From positions 40,822-104,821 of the forward strand of contig DBXS01000033.1 in NCBI GenBank assembly GCA_002310055.1: a stretch of 64,000 nucleotides of DNA, written 5' to 3'. Of this stretch, positions 38,227 to 47,512 are shown in pieces. The position numbers and the translations under genes were made by a program. Every line of letters begins with the position of its first letter. The stretch's first letter is position 1. Origin of the DNA: Clostridiales bacterium UBA1206. GTDB lineage: Bacteria > Bacillota > Clostridia > Oscillospirales > CAG-382. The notes under the pieces were generated by a model. The model made no database searches, was not told the DNA's origin, and saw nothing but the letters and a program-made list of their open reading frames with translations.

Positions 38227-38331
38227 GGACTGGTATGGAATTGTATAAGAGCGTAAAACGTGGTATCATATGCATTATCGGTAATGCATACGGTTGCCGC
38301 ATTACCTTCTTACAAAAAAGCAACCAATCCA
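38227..38331 (+). repeat. 105-nt imperfect-palindrome leader element, copy B
   Basis: 101/105 identical to the reverse complement of 17175-17279. Lies within the predicted 5' UTR, 74 nt before ATG 38406. Confidence 0.9.
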
Positions 38332-38405
38332 GACAATGAAATTAACCATTTGTCGCAGATCTATCAACTTATTGCAGATAATTGATATATTAGGGAGGAA
38401 AGAAA

Positions 38406-39467
38406 ATGAAACGCATTATTTCTGTATTACTCATTATAATCCTTGTGCTTATGATTACCGTCGGATGCGGCAGAGTAAACGAATCAGATGTCAATTCCGA
38501 TGACGCTGCGTCCGGTCAAACAAAAAGTGAAGACGGTAATAACGGATCCGTTGCGCAAACGGAACCATCTGCCGGCGAGGATAGCAGTACGCCTATCGAA
38601 AGCTCGGAAGAAGACAGCGACACGGACGTCTCCACGGATACGGCGCCACAGCACGTAACTGCGGTGCTGCAATATCTTTATTTCGAAGACTATTTGGAAA
38701 CCGTGACCGACCTTGTAGAAGGCAGGTTCGTTTCTTCGACGCAAGAGGGCGCTCTTATATACTGCATATTCGAGGCGGTGAATGATTTAAGGGGGAACGG
38801 CCTGAACGGAACGGTTACGGTCCGGTATAAGCCGGCTGACTGTACGTTTGCAGATGCGAACGGCGAGTTTTCGACCTACGATGCAAAATTCATCGCAGGC
38901 ACTACGTATCTGCTGCCCCTTATCAGGGCGACATCCGTTTATATCGATGGTGATTCGTATTATTTTTCGGCAGACAGCCTTATTATCCCTGTGCAGGATT
39001 ACGAACAGTCGGCCGAGTTATACGGAACTCCGCTGCGCGGCCATATAAAAACGCAGGAGGCGATGGAAGCTTTTGATAACGGCGAATTGGCGGGATATAT
39101 CCTTGAAACGATACGTGATAATCCGCGCGTTTTCGGAACTCCTTATACGGAATCGACCGATATAGCCGAGATCGTCGGTTTTTCCGATCACGTGCTGAAG
39201 GTCACCGTGGGCGTAAAGATACAAGACGGCGACAGTGGCGACAGGACGACGTACAAATGCCGGATCGACGAGGTGCTGAAAGGCGATATCGGACCGGACT
39301 TGGAGCCCTGGGTAGTATTCCCCGCGGGCAAAGCCGAACAGGGCGGCACATATATCGTCGCCGTTTGCGAAGTCGACTCGCCTACGTTTTTGGTGATGTC
39401 GAGCAAAAACAGCGTATTCGACTGCTCGGAATATGATACGTTAAAAGAGATAATAAACAACGAATGA
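38406..39467 (+). CDS. Lipoprotein, unknown function
   Basis: 353 aa. Signal peptide with lipobox TVGC, then an acidic S/E/D-rich linker. GGGAGGAAAG RBS. Confidence 0.75.
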   Translation: MKRIISVLLIIILVLMITVGCGRVNESDVNSDDAASGQTKSEDGNNGSVAQTEPSAGEDSSTPIESSEEDSDTDVSTDTAPQHVTAVLQYLYFEDYLETVTDLVEGRFVSSTQEGALIYCIFEAVNDLRGNGLNGTVTVRYKPADCTFADANGEFSTYDAKFIAGTTYLLPLIRATSVYIDGDSYYFSADSLIIPVQDYEQSAELYGTPLRGHIKTQEAMEAFDNGELAGYILETIRDNPRVFGTPYTESTDIAEIVGFSDHVLKVTVGVKIQDGDSGDRTTYKCRIDEVLKGDIGPDLEPWVVFPAGKAEQGGTYIVAVCEVDSPTFLVMSSKNSVFDCSEYDTLKEIINNE

Positions 39468-39488
39468 CAAATAGCGCATATCAGATCC

Positions 39489-39513
39489 GCGGCGGAGCAA
39501 AACGCTCCGCCGC
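39489..39513 (+). terminator. Stem-loop after the lipoprotein gene (weak T-run)
   Basis: GCGGCGGAGC-aaaac-GCTCCGCCGC 10-bp stem followed by AACTATTATT. Confidence 0.45.
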
Positions 39514-39645
39514 AACTATTATTCGCCCAAGCGGCGCTTGCGCTTTTTATTTACATTTTTGTCATTGAAATATTTTTTAACTGTGGTATTATATTAGCAA
39601 GGATTGCAATATCACGTTTCCGCATATTTTTGGAGAACTGTTCAA

Positions 39646-41055
39646 ATGATAAAGAACGCGTTGAAATTCATAATAGCCGCCGCGATAATGTGCGGCGTGG
39701 CGTTCGGCGCCGTTTTTCTGGCGTCTTCGCGCTCGCTGCCGTTTTTGCCCAAAGAGGCGCCCGAATACAGCACCGTGGAAAATTCCGAAGAGACTTCGCC
39801 CGAAATTTCCGACGAGCCCTCTTACCCCGAAGAAAGCTCGGCGGAGGAAAGCTCCGGGACCGAAGTATCCGTCGACGAAGCCGCCGCGTTTATAGGCGGA
39901 GCCGAAACTTTCTCCCCCGGAAGCTTTGCGCCTCTCGACCGCCGCTATTTGGCGAAAGACGAAAAAGTCGTATATATAAACGCTCCTCTGCCCGCGGAAG
40001 AGTCCGCCGTCACGGCGGTGCGGATGGGGTTCGTCTTCCTGGAAGACGGGCGCATATTCGACAGCGCTTTCAACGACATAACCGAGCTCGCCGCGGGGTA
40101 CGCGTTCATCGGCGCGCGCGACAAAGCGGGACATCCGGTGTTCAAAAAAGGCGATTCGTATTATTATTACAACGGCGAAAACGGCTTTGCGCCTTCGAAC
40201 TACAACGTCTATTCCGACGCGACGGGATTCGAGTTCGACGTCCCCGTGTATCTGTGCGAGCAGCTTATGCCCATAAAGCGGTATTATGTAAAAAAGAAGA
40301 AATATTATAACTTCTACGGCGACGACGGCGACAGCTACGCTTACGGCTGCAAAGAGGTGTTCGCGTTCTATCCGTTCATAGAAAACGGCGTGGAGCGCGG
40401 CATCGCCTGCACCATCAAACGCGCGCACAGCGAAGACCGGCTCGTGTTCTATTCCACACGTTTCCGCCACGCCGGCGATTCAATAGACAACACGCTTTCG
40501 GATATCTACTATCCGCCCGAATCCCGCGGCATAGAATCCATAGGCTACTTCTATTTCTGCGACGGATATATCCGCGTCCGCGTAAAGAACGGCAAAAACT
40601 GGGAAGAACGGCTTATGGATACCGGCTGCAACCTGGCGCGCACGCTGAACGGCTACGTCATCGCGGGCTATTCCGACGGCTGCATACTTTACGAACGCAA
40701 CGGCAAATACGGCTTTACCACCAATTCGCTCAACTGGATCACCACGCCCGACCTCATCTCGGCGCACCCGTTCACCGAAGGGCTCGCGGTCGTGCAGACC
40801 GAGACCGGTTTCGGTATGATCGACACGACCGGCGCTTACGTGCTGCCTCCGGTGTTCGAAAAAGTCACGCCCTGCTCGGGCGGCGTGTTCGCCGCGTATT
40901 CTTCCGGCACCGGCTGGAACCTCTTCGCCAAGATCGACATAAATTCGCAGTACGTCCCGCCCGAAGAGATCGAGACCGAATCGACGGAAGAAAGCGATTT
41001 TGAATCCGTTGAAGAGAGTTCGGATCCCGAAGAAAGTTTTGAAGAAGAGCAGTGA
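39646..41055 (+). CDS. Membrane-anchored WG-repeat (KWG-like) protein
   Basis: Start at ATG 39646 (MIKNALKFIIAAAIMCGVAFGAVFLA). Acidic linkers at both ends. C-terminal repeats of the type GKYGFTT...PDLISAHPFTEGLAVV / TGFGMIDTTGAYVLPPVFEKV. Confidence 0.65.
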   Translation: MIKNALKFIIAAAIMCGVAFGAVFLASSRSLPFLPKEAPEYSTVENSEETSPEISDEPSYPEESSAEESSGTEVSVDEAAAFIGGAETFSPGSFAPLDRRYLAKDEKVVYINAPLPAEESAVTAVRMGFVFLEDGRIFDSAFNDITELAAGYAFIGARDKAGHPVFKKGDSYYYYNGENGFAPSNYNVYSDATGFEFDVPVYLCEQLMPIKRYYVKKKKYYNFYGDDGDSYAYGCKEVFAFYPFIENGVERGIACTIKRAHSEDRLVFYSTRFRHAGDSIDNTLSDIYYPPESRGIESIGYFYFCDGYIRVRVKNGKNWEERLMDTGCNLARTLNGYVIAGYSDGCILYERNGKYGFTTNSLNWITTPDLISAHPFTEGLAVVQTETGFGMIDTTGAYVLPPVFEKVTPCSGGVFAAYSSGTGWNLFAKIDINSQYVPPEEIETESTEESDFESVEESSDPEESFEEEQ

Positions 41056-41100
41056 CATATTAACAAATATACGGTAAAATATTATAAATCTGTTAAAATT

Positions 41101-41140
41101 CGCCCTCCGTGTAAAAAAACGGAGGGCGCGTTTGCTTTTT
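41101..41140 (+). terminator. Rho-independent terminator after the WG-repeat gene
   Basis: CGCCCTCCG-tgtaaaaaaa-CGGAGGGCG followed by CGTTTGCTTTTT. Confidence 0.8.
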
Positions 41141-41153
41141 GGCCAAAATGGTA

Positions 41154-41182
41154 TTGCATTTTTATATAATAGGAATTAAAAT
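41154..41182 (+). promoter_or_regulatory. Sigma-A type promoter for the glg operon
   Basis: TTGCAT (41154-41159), 17-nt spacer, TAAAAT (41177-41182). Confidence 0.5.
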
Positions 41183-41271
41183 AAAAATACCAAAAGCGCG
41201 GGACGTGTTTCCGCGCCCGGCGTACGCGAATTTCCGGCGCATATCACAAATTTGAGCGGGGGGTTTACAGT

Positions 41272-42486
41272 TTGAACAAAAAGAAAGAATGCATCGCAAT
41301 GCTGCTTGCCGGCGGACAGGGCAGCCGTTTGCGTCTGCTGACCGAAAAGACCGCGAAACCGGCGGTCACCTTCGGCGGCAAATACAAAATAATAGATTTT
41401 CCGCTTTCCAACTGCGTCAACTCGGGCATCGACACCGTGGGCGTTATGACCCAGTATCAGCCGCTTATGCTCAACGAATACATAGGCAACGGCCGCGCGT
41501 GGGACCTCGACCGCAGCTGGGGAGGTATAACGGTGCTTTCGCCTTATCAGGCGATGACCCATTCCGAATGGTACACCGGTACCGCCAACGCCATCTACCA
41601 GAACCTGCGCTTTATCAAACGCTATTCGCCCGATTACGTGCTCATCCTTTCGGGCGACCATATCTATAAGATGGATTACGACGCAATGCTCGCCTTCCAC
41701 AAAAAGTCGCAGGCGGACTGCACCATAGCGGTGCTCGACGTCCCCAAGGAAGAGACCTACCGGTTCGGCATAATGTCCGCGGACGAGACCGGCAGGATCT
41801 ATAAGTTCGAAGAAAAACCCAAGGTGTCCGATTCCACCACCGCCAGCATGGGAGTGTATATCTTCACCACCGAAAAACTCATTTCGTATCTCGAAGCCGA
41901 CGCGGCGGACGAAACGAGCGACAACGATTTCGGCAAAAACATCATACCCAAGGCGCTCGCCGACGGCGAACGGCTCTTTGCTTATCCGTTCACCGGGTAC
42001 TGGAAAGACGTGGGGACCGTGGATTCGCTTTGGGAATCCAATATGGACCTTTTGGGCAGCCGACCCAAGTTCGACCTCAACGACAGGTCGTGGCGCATCT
42101 ATTCGCGCAACTACGCCGATCCGCCTCATTATATGGGCGGCAACGCGGTGGTCTGCAATTCGCTGATCACCGAAGGCTGCGAGATATTCGGCACCGTCGA
42201 AAACAGCGTGCTTTCCAGCAACGTGCGCGTCGAACCCGGCGCCTGCGTGCGCGACAGCGTCATAATGTCGGGCGTGCGCATCTGCCGCGGAGCCACGGTC
42301 AATTACAGCGTTATAGATTCCGACACCGTCGTCGGAGCGCGCTCCACCGTGGGCGTAAACCGCGAGATCTCAAAGGGCATCACCCTCGTGGGCGGCGAAC
42401 TCAACATCCCGGAACGCTCGACGATCCCGGATAACACCGACGTGAACGAAGAATACATTGAAAATATCCTGAAAGCGAGGTCGTGA
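41272..42486 (+). CDS. glgC: Glucose-1-phosphate adenylyltransferase, catalytic subunit
   Basis: 404 aa, [13 protein letters not shown]...[18 protein letters not shown] start after GGGGGG. Confidence 0.95.
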   Translation: MNKKKECIAMLLAGGQGSRLRLLTEKTAKPAVTFGGKYKIIDFPLSNCVNSGIDTVGVMTQYQPLMLNEYIGNGRAWDLDRSWGGITVLSPYQAMTHSEWYTGTANAIYQNLRFIKRYSPDYVLILSGDHIYKMDYDAMLAFHKKSQADCTIAVLDVPKEETYRFGIMSADETGRIYKFEEKPKVSDSTTASMGVYIFTTEKLISYLEADAADETSDNDFGKNIIPKALADGERLFAYPFTGYWKDVGTVDSLWESNMDLLGSRPKFDLNDRSWRIYSRNYADPPHYMGGNAVVCNSLITEGCEIFGTVENSVLSSNVRVEPGACVRDSVIMSGVRICRGATVNYSVIDSDTVVGARSTVGVNREISKGITLVGGELNIPERSTIPDNTDVNEEYIENILKARS

Positions 42487-42490
42487 CGCA

Positions 42491-43621
42491 ATGGCAAACG
42501 TAGTAGGGCTCATATTTTCCAATATCCACGATAAAAACGTCCCGGAGCTGACCAAGCTCCGCACCATGGCGTCGGTGCCTTTCGGCTGCCGTTACCGGCT
42601 CATAGATTTTACGCTTTCAAATATGGTCCACAGCGGCATCGAGCACGTGGGCGTAATAACCCATTACAATTATCAGTCCCTTATGGACCATCTCGGCTCG
42701 GGCAAATCGTGGGACCTCGCGCGCCGTTCGGGCGGCATACAGATCCTGCCCCCGTTCATCACGGCGTTCGCAAACCCCGGCGCGTCGCTTTATTCCACGC
42801 GGCTCGAAGCGCTCAGGAACAGCATTTCGTTCATCAGCGGCTGCACCGAGGATTACGTGGTCTTGAGCGACTGCGACGTAATATGCAATATCGATCTGGG
42901 CGATATGATAGACGCCCATATCGCGTCGCGCGCGGATGCCACTATGATGATAAAGAAGACATTCTTGACCGGCGACGTCAGCGGAGTCTACGTCACCGAA
43001 AGCGACGAAAACGACCGCCTCACTTCCGTAAAGGAATTCACGGAACGCGGCGGCGGCTTCCGCGACGTCTGCACCAATATCTGGGTGATGAACCGCCGCT
43101 TTCTCGAAAACGCGGTGCTCGACGCCGAAGCGCACGGCTACACCGCTTTCATAAAGGATATCATCCAGCGCAATCTCGAAAACTGCAGCGTCAACGTCTA
43201 CCGGCACGAAGGCTATTTCGCCACCGTGGATTCCATGCAGTCGTATTATATGTGCAGTATGGACCTGCTCAACGAGGACGTGCGGCACGAGCTGTTCGGC
43301 AACCCAAGCAGACCGGTGTTCACCAAGGTGCGCAATTCGCCGCCCGCGGTATATTCCGAAGGCGCCGCGGTGCATAATTCGCTTATCGCCGACGGCTGCG
43401 TCATCAACGGAAAAGTCGAAAACTCCATCCTGTTCCGCGGCGTGCGCGTGGGCAGGAACACTCATGTCAAAAACTGCATCCTTATGCAGGATACCATCGT
43501 CGGCGAAAACTGCACGCTCAACGCCGTCATCACCGACAAAAACGCCGTCATTCGCGACGGCAGGAACCTTTCCGGCTACGAAACGCTGCCGTTTTACATA
43601 TCCAAATTCGCTCAGGTCTGA
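42491..43621 (+). CDS. glgD: Glucose-1-phosphate adenylyltransferase, GlgD subunit
   Basis: 376 aa paralog of glgC lacking the GGxGxRL motif (GLIFSNIHDKNVPELT...FGCRYRLIDFTLSN). Position matches Firmicute glgC-glgD. Confidence 0.88.
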   Translation: MANVVGLIFSNIHDKNVPELTKLRTMASVPFGCRYRLIDFTLSNMVHSGIEHVGVITHYNYQSLMDHLGSGKSWDLARRSGGIQILPPFITAFANPGASLYSTRLEALRNSISFISGCTEDYVVLSDCDVICNIDLGDMIDAHIASRADATMMIKKTFLTGDVSGVYVTESDENDRLTSVKEFTERGGGFRDVCTNIWVMNRRFLENAVLDAEAHGYTAFIKDIIQRNLENCSVNVYRHEGYFATVDSMQSYYMCSMDLLNEDVRHELFGNPSRPVFTKVRNSPPAVYSEGAAVHNSLIADGCVINGKVENSILFRGVRVGRNTHVKNCILMQDTIVGENCTLNAVITDKNAVIRDGRNLSGYETLPFYISKFAQV

Positions 43622-43641
43622 GAAAAGCGGAGGAAGATACT

Positions 43642-45069
43642 ATGAAGAAGATCCTTTTTGTCGCTTCGGAATGCGTGCCGTTCGCGTCTTCCGGCGGCCT
43701 CGGCGACGTCATCGGCTCGCTGCCCGCCGCGCTCAAAAAAGAATACGGCGAAAAAGCCGATATCCGCGTTATGATACCGCTTTATTCGCAGATAGGCGAG
43801 ACCTACCGCGAAAAAATGGAATTCCTGTGCCATTTCGACGTCCCGCTCGCGTGGCGGCGTCAGTACTGCGGCGTGCTTTCGCTCGTCAAAGACGGCATAA
43901 CCTATTATTTTCTGGATAACGAATACTATTTCAAGCGCCGGTCGCTGTACGGCAGTTTCGACGACGGCGAACGCTACGCGTTCTTCTGCCGCGCCGCGCT
44001 CGAATCGCTCCAGCGCATAGATTTTATGCCGGATATCCTCCATGCGCACGACTGGCAGTCGGCGCTCGCCGTGGTGTATCTCAAATACAAATACGGTCTC
44101 GTGCCCGAATACTGCGGCATAAAGACCGTGTTCACCATCCACAACATACAGTATCAGGGAATATACGACAAAGCCATACTCGGCGACGTGTTCGATATTC
44201 CCAATTCCGACGAAGCCGTGCTGGAATACGACGGCTGCATAAACCTTATGAAAGGCGCTATAGTCTGCGCCGACAGGATCACCACCGTATCGCCCACCTA
44301 CGCCAAAGAGATCCTTTCGCCGCAGTTTTCACACGGGCTGCATTACGTGCTCGAACAGAACAAGGGCAAGATAATCGGAATACTCAACGGCATAGACACT
44401 TCGTACTATAACCCCGCGTCCGATACCGAGCTGTACGCCAATTATTCCGCGCGCAGCTTAAAAGGCAAGCGCGCCGACAAAGAAGAGCTGCAAAAGCTTA
44501 TGGGGCTGCCCGCCGATCCGGATATTCCGGTGCTGGCGGTGATATCGCGCCTCGTCGACCACAAGGGCATAGACCTCATCACGCTCGCCGCCGACGACAT
44601 ACTGCAAAAGGAAGTCCAGCTGATAGTGCTCGGCACCGGCGACAGCTATTACGAACAGTTCTTCGCCTGCCTTGCCGAAAGATATCCGCGCAAAGCGGCG
44701 GTGCGGTTCGCGTTCGACAAAGCGCTTGCCAAAAAGATCTACGCCGGCGCCGATATCTTCCTTATGCCTTCGCGCAGCGAACCCTGCGGGCTCGCGCAGA
44801 TGATCGCTTCGCGCTACGGAACGGTGCCGCTCGTCCGCGAGACCGGCGGTTTATACGATTCCATCCGCGACGTCGGCTGCCCCGGCGGCGGCAACGGATA
44901 CACGTTCGCGCCCTATTCGGTGTGGGAACTGTATCAGGCGGTCGGGCGCGCACTCGAAGGGTATTCCCGCAAGGAAAGCTGGGAGGTCCTTGTAAAGACC
45001 GTTATGAAATGGGATTTTTCGTGGAAAAAATCGGCCAGGCAGTATATAAAACAGGTCTACGGCTTATAA
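43642..45069 (+). CDS. glgA: Glycogen synthase (ADP-glucose type)
   Basis: 475 aa, with ASECVPFASSGGLGDV and PSRSEPCGLAQM. Confidence 0.96.
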   Translation: MKKILFVASECVPFASSGGLGDVIGSLPAALKKEYGEKADIRVMIPLYSQIGETYREKMEFLCHFDVPLAWRRQYCGVLSLVKDGITYYFLDNEYYFKRRSLYGSFDDGERYAFFCRAALESLQRIDFMPDILHAHDWQSALAVVYLKYKYGLVPEYCGIKTVFTIHNIQYQGIYDKAILGDVFDIPNSDEAVLEYDGCINLMKGAIVCADRITTVSPTYAKEILSPQFSHGLHYVLEQNKGKIIGILNGIDTSYYNPASDTELYANYSARSLKGKRADKEELQKLMGLPADPDIPVLAVISRLVDHKGIDLITLAADDILQKEVQLIVLGTGDSYYEQFFACLAERYPRKAAVRFAFDKALAKKIYAGADIFLMPSRSEPCGLAQMIASRYGTVPLVRETGGLYDSIRDVGCPGGGNGYTFAPYSVWELYQAVGRALEGYSRKESWEVLVKTVMKWDFSWKKSARQYIKQVYGL

Positions 45070-45097
45070 TTTTACATTCTATTTTTCAGGAGCAGTT

Positions 45098-47512
45098 ATG
45101 AATTCTACCGCAAAAGAGATCCGCAACGCGATCACCGACAAAATATCGCGCTACTTCGCGGTCACGCCCGCCGAGGCGACCGCCGAACAGGTTTACAAAG
45201 CGACCGTGCTCACGGTCCGCGACAGACTTGCCGCTAAAAACAAGGCCTTCCGCGACGAATCCCGCAATCGCAAAAAGGTCTACTATATGTGTATGGAGTT
45301 CCTTCTCGGTCCGTCGCTGAGGATGAACATATTCAATTTAGGGCTCACCGAAGTTTACAGCCAGGTGCTTTCGGAAATGGGCTTTTCGCTCGAAAACATC
45401 TGCGAAATGGAACAGGATCCGGGGCTTGGCAACGGCGGTCTCGGCAGACTCGCCGCCTGCTTTATGGATTCGCTCGCCACTATGCAGTATCAGGCGCGCG
45501 GCTTTTCCATTTGCTACGAATACGGGCTTTTCAAACAGAAGATAGTCGACGGCGAGCAGCTCGAGCTGCCCGATATCTGGCTGCCTTCGGGCGAGGCGTG
45601 GCTGGTGCCGCGCCAGGACAGATCGGTAAGAGTGCGTTTCGGCGGCAGGATCGAGGAAAACTGGAACAACGGCAGACTCGAGATCACCTACCGCGATTAC
45701 GACGAAGTCGAAGCCGTGCCTTACGATATGTTCGTTTCGGGCTATCATTCCAAAGCCGTGGCGCCGCTCAGACTTTGGAAAGCCAAGGGCATAAAGAACT
45801 TCAATATGGAAGCCTTTTCGCAGGGGCAGTATCTCAAAGCGGTGGAAGACAACACCATAGCCGAAACGCTCACCCGCGTGCTGTATCCCGCCGATAACCA
45901 CCACGAAGGCAAACTGCTGCGATTGAGCCAGCAGTACCTGCTCGTTTCGGCGTCTTTGCAGAACATACTGCTCGCGCATATCGAGCAGTACAAGACGCTC
46001 GACAACCTGCCCGAAAAAGTCGCCATCCACATAAACGACACCCATCCGGCGCTCGTCATCCCCGAACTTATGCGCCTGCTCGTGGACGTGCACAACTATT
46101 CGTGGGAAGACGCCTGGCGTATGACCGTCGCCACGGTCTCCTACACCAATCACACCGTGCTCCCCGAGGCGCTCGAATGCTGGAACGAGGACCTCTTCAG
46201 GTTCAAGCTACCGCGCATATATATGATAATCAAAGAGATCAACCGCCGTTTCTGCGCCGAAGCGTGGGAAAAATTCCCAGGAAACTGGGATAAGATCGAC
46301 CGTATGTCGGTGCTCAGCCACGGTCAGGTGCGTATGGCGAACCTTTCGGTCATCGGTTCGCATAAGGTAAACGGCGTTTCAAAACTGCATTCCGATATTC
46401 TCAAAAACACCGTGTTCCGCGATTTCAACGACGCGTTCCCCGGCAAGATCATCAACGTGACGAACGGCATAGCGCACAGAAGATGGCTCTGCCTTTCCAA
46501 CCCGCGCCTCAGCGCGCTGCTCGACGAATGTATCGGCACCGGTTACCGCACCGACGCGTCGCAGCTCGAAAAATTCGTCCCGTTCGCCGACGATCCTTCC
46601 GTGCGCGAACGCCTGGCGCAGATAAAGCGCGCCAACAAAGAGGATTTCGCCGCCTTTATCCGCCGCACCACCGGCGAGATCATCGATCCCGCGTCGATGT
46701 TCGACGTCCAGGTCAAGCGTCTGCACGAATATAAGCGCCAGCTCATGAACGCGCTTTATATCGCGTCGCTGTACGTCAGTCTCAAACGCGACCCGTCGCT
46801 CGACGTCACACCCAAGACCTTCATCTTCGGCGCCAAAGCCGCGCCCGGTTATTATATCGCCAAGGATATCATCCGCTTCATCTGCTATCTCGCCGCGGAT
46901 ATCAACAAAAACCCGCTCACGCGCGATAAACTCAAGGTCATATTCCTCGAAAACTACTGCGTGTCGCTCGCCGAACGGCTCATGCCCGCCGCCGAGCTCA
47001 GCGAGCAGATATCGCTCGCGGGCAAAGAGGCTTCCGGCACCGGGAATATGAAATTTATGATCAACGGCGCGCTCACGCTCGGCACGCTCGACGGCGCCAA
47101 CGTCGAAATGGCGGAAGCCGTCGGCCGCGACAACATCTTCATTTTCGGCCACACCGCCCCCGAAGTCGACGAGCTCTGGAAGAAAGGCTATTCTTCCGCA
47201 AGCTATTACAATTCCAACCCCGATCTCAAAGCCGCGATCGATTCGCTGCAGGCGGGCTACAACGGCCGTTCGTTCAGCGATATAGCCAATTATCTGCTTT
47301 ATTCCTACGGCGTTTCGGATCCGTATATGTGCCTCGCCGATTTCGCATACTTCACCGAAGCGCACCGCGCCGCCGACCGCAAGTACGCCGACCCCGACGC
47401 GTGGTACCGCTCTTCCGCGATCAATATCGCAAAATCGGGCTGCTTTTCTTCCGACCGCAGCATAAAGGAATACGCCGAAAACATCTGGGGAATGGACAAA
47501 GACAATGGTTGA
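45098..47512 (+). CDS. glgP: Glycogen/maltodextrin phosphorylase
   Basis: 804 aa. PLP site EASGTGNMKFMINGALTLGTLDGANVE. Confidence 0.97.
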   Translation: MNSTAKEIRNAITDKISRYFAVTPAEATAEQVYKATVLTVRDRLAAKNKAFRDESRNRKKVYYMCMEFLLGPSLRMNIFNLGLTEVYSQVLSEMGFSLENICEMEQDPGLGNGGLGRLAACFMDSLATMQYQARGFSICYEYGLFKQKIVDGEQLELPDIWLPSGEAWLVPRQDRSVRVRFGGRIEENWNNGRLEITYRDYDEVEAVPYDMFVSGYHSKAVAPLRLWKAKGIKNFNMEAFSQGQYLKAVEDNTIAETLTRVLYPADNHHEGKLLRLSQQYLLVSASLQNILLAHIEQYKTLDNLPEKVAIHINDTHPALVIPELMRLLVDVHNYSWEDAWRMTVATVSYTNHTVLPEALECWNEDLFRFKLPRIYMIIKEINRRFCAEAWEKFPGNWDKIDRMSVLSHGQVRMANLSVIGSHKVNGVSKLHSDILKNTVFRDFNDAFPGKIINVTNGIAHRRWLCLSNPRLSALLDECIGTGYRTDASQLEKFVPFADDPSVRERLAQIKRANKEDFAAFIRRTTGEIIDPASMFDVQVKRLHEYKRQLMNALYIASLYVSLKRDPSLDVTPKTFIFGAKAAPGYYIAKDIIRFICYLAADINKNPLTRDKLKVIFLENYCVSLAERLMPAAELSEQISLAGKEASGTGNMKFMINGALTLGTLDGANVEMAEAVGRDNIFIFGHTAPEVDELWKKGYSSASYYNSNPDLKAAIDSLQAGYNGRSFSDIANYLLYSYGVSDPYMCLADFAYFTEAHRAADRKYADPDAWYRSSAINIAKSGCFSSDRSIKEYAENIWGMDKDNG

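Noticed and set aside
17175-38331. The two inverted 105-bp repeats as terminal inverted repeats of a 21-kb composite transposon or genomic island.
   Set aside because: The enclosed genes are core housekeeping genes (secA, mnmEG, rsmG, tmk, argGH, pnp, rpsO) with native composition. There is no transposase or integrase, and I could not see target-site duplications flanking either copy.
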